A stretch of 60,715 bases of DNA, filler included, from Sphacelaria rigidula (lineage: Eukaryota), in NCBI GenBank assembly GCA_964200075.2. It is 3 parts of 3 records of this genome, joined end to end, with 100 filler letters (N's around TTAATTAATTAA, not from the genome) between each part and the next. Parts side by side here need not be neighbours in the genome. Positions count along the whole stretch, not along the records: positions 40,563 to 60,715 come from CAXNAA020000563.1; 2 more parts are not named here. One strand, given 5' to 3'. Shown here piece after piece: positions 60,150 to 60,715 of the stretch; within the stretch, counting starts at the first letter, position 1, and every line of letters starts with the position of its first letter. Below the pieces are notes generated by a model that saw only the letters and a list, made by a program, of their open reading frames with translations, had not been told where the DNA came from and did no database searches. The position numbers and the translations under genes were made by a program.

Positions 60150-60665
60150 CCCCCCCTTGCCCAAGGGTTGGCGTCGGTTGGTATCGACGCTTACAACACG
60201 ACACTCACTGCGTAAGCTAGGCAAGCAGGCTGCCGTTTTTCTTTCGCGTGCGTGTTTTTTTCGATTAGCATGGTGGTCGTGTACATGCCATTTTGCGCCG
60301 GGTGGAGAACCTGAACTCCGCGCAAAGGGGATTATCGTACAAAATGGTTTTTGAATGGTGAGACACCCATGAGGCATTGTGTAACCCGCGGATGTTTGTG
60401 GAAGTGGCCCAACACCGGAAAATGAAGCAACTCATTTGAGGCTGTCATCAATATGACAGATAATTAGCATGCTTCGGGCCAAACAAATCTTAGTGGGGTG
60501 CACATCACCCCACATGCGACTCGACATACACATGACGGCGCTTCGCGCTCGGTGATTGCGAGCCTGTTCCGGCGAAAACCCGGCGTGCTCCGTCCCGGCC
60601 TTATAAGGATGCGACATCATTGGTCAACATGACTACGGCATGCAAGATCATGAGAATCCACTCCG
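60150..60665 (+). mobile_element. Repeat family B, longest uninterrupted copy
   Basis: cactcactgcgtaagctaggcaa..gggtggagaacctgaactcc..atggtgagacacccatgagg..gctccgtcccggccttataaggatgcg..gcaagatcatgag. Confidence 0.8.
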
Positions 60666-60715
60666 GAGCGCCGTCCGAACCGACGAACACTCACACCCAC
60701 CCAAACAGGCAAAAA

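Overview
This is eukaryotic nuclear DNA, most likely from a brown alga (Phaeophyceae). That is an inference from the long GT/GC-AG introns, a TTAGGG-type repeat and the character of the LINE and Copia remnants. The window is not one locus. It is three contigs of about 20.2 kb (1-20196, 20297-40462, 40563-60715, in decreasing length) joined by artificial N44-TTAATTAATTAA-N44 linkers. Contig 1 carries a PGPG/SHIPPO-repeat (ODF3/STPG-like) gene whose 9.7-kb intron holds a decayed Ty1/copia element, plus RTE-type LINE remnants. Contig 2 carries a 15-exon, about 1550-aa FBF1-like transition-fibre coiled-coil gene with two GC-AG introns, plus nested LINE and MITE debris. Contig 3 carries the 3' part of an uncharacterised CTFxP-repeat protein gene and a fragment of a convergent gene. 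Intronic and intergenic DNA is dense in small non-autonomous elements: two tRNA-headed SINE families, an element sharing a LINE 3' tail, and at least five MITE families with different target-site duplication (TSD) lengths (TTAA, 3, 4 and 6 bp). No prokaryotic system, CRISPR array or rRNA gene is supported.
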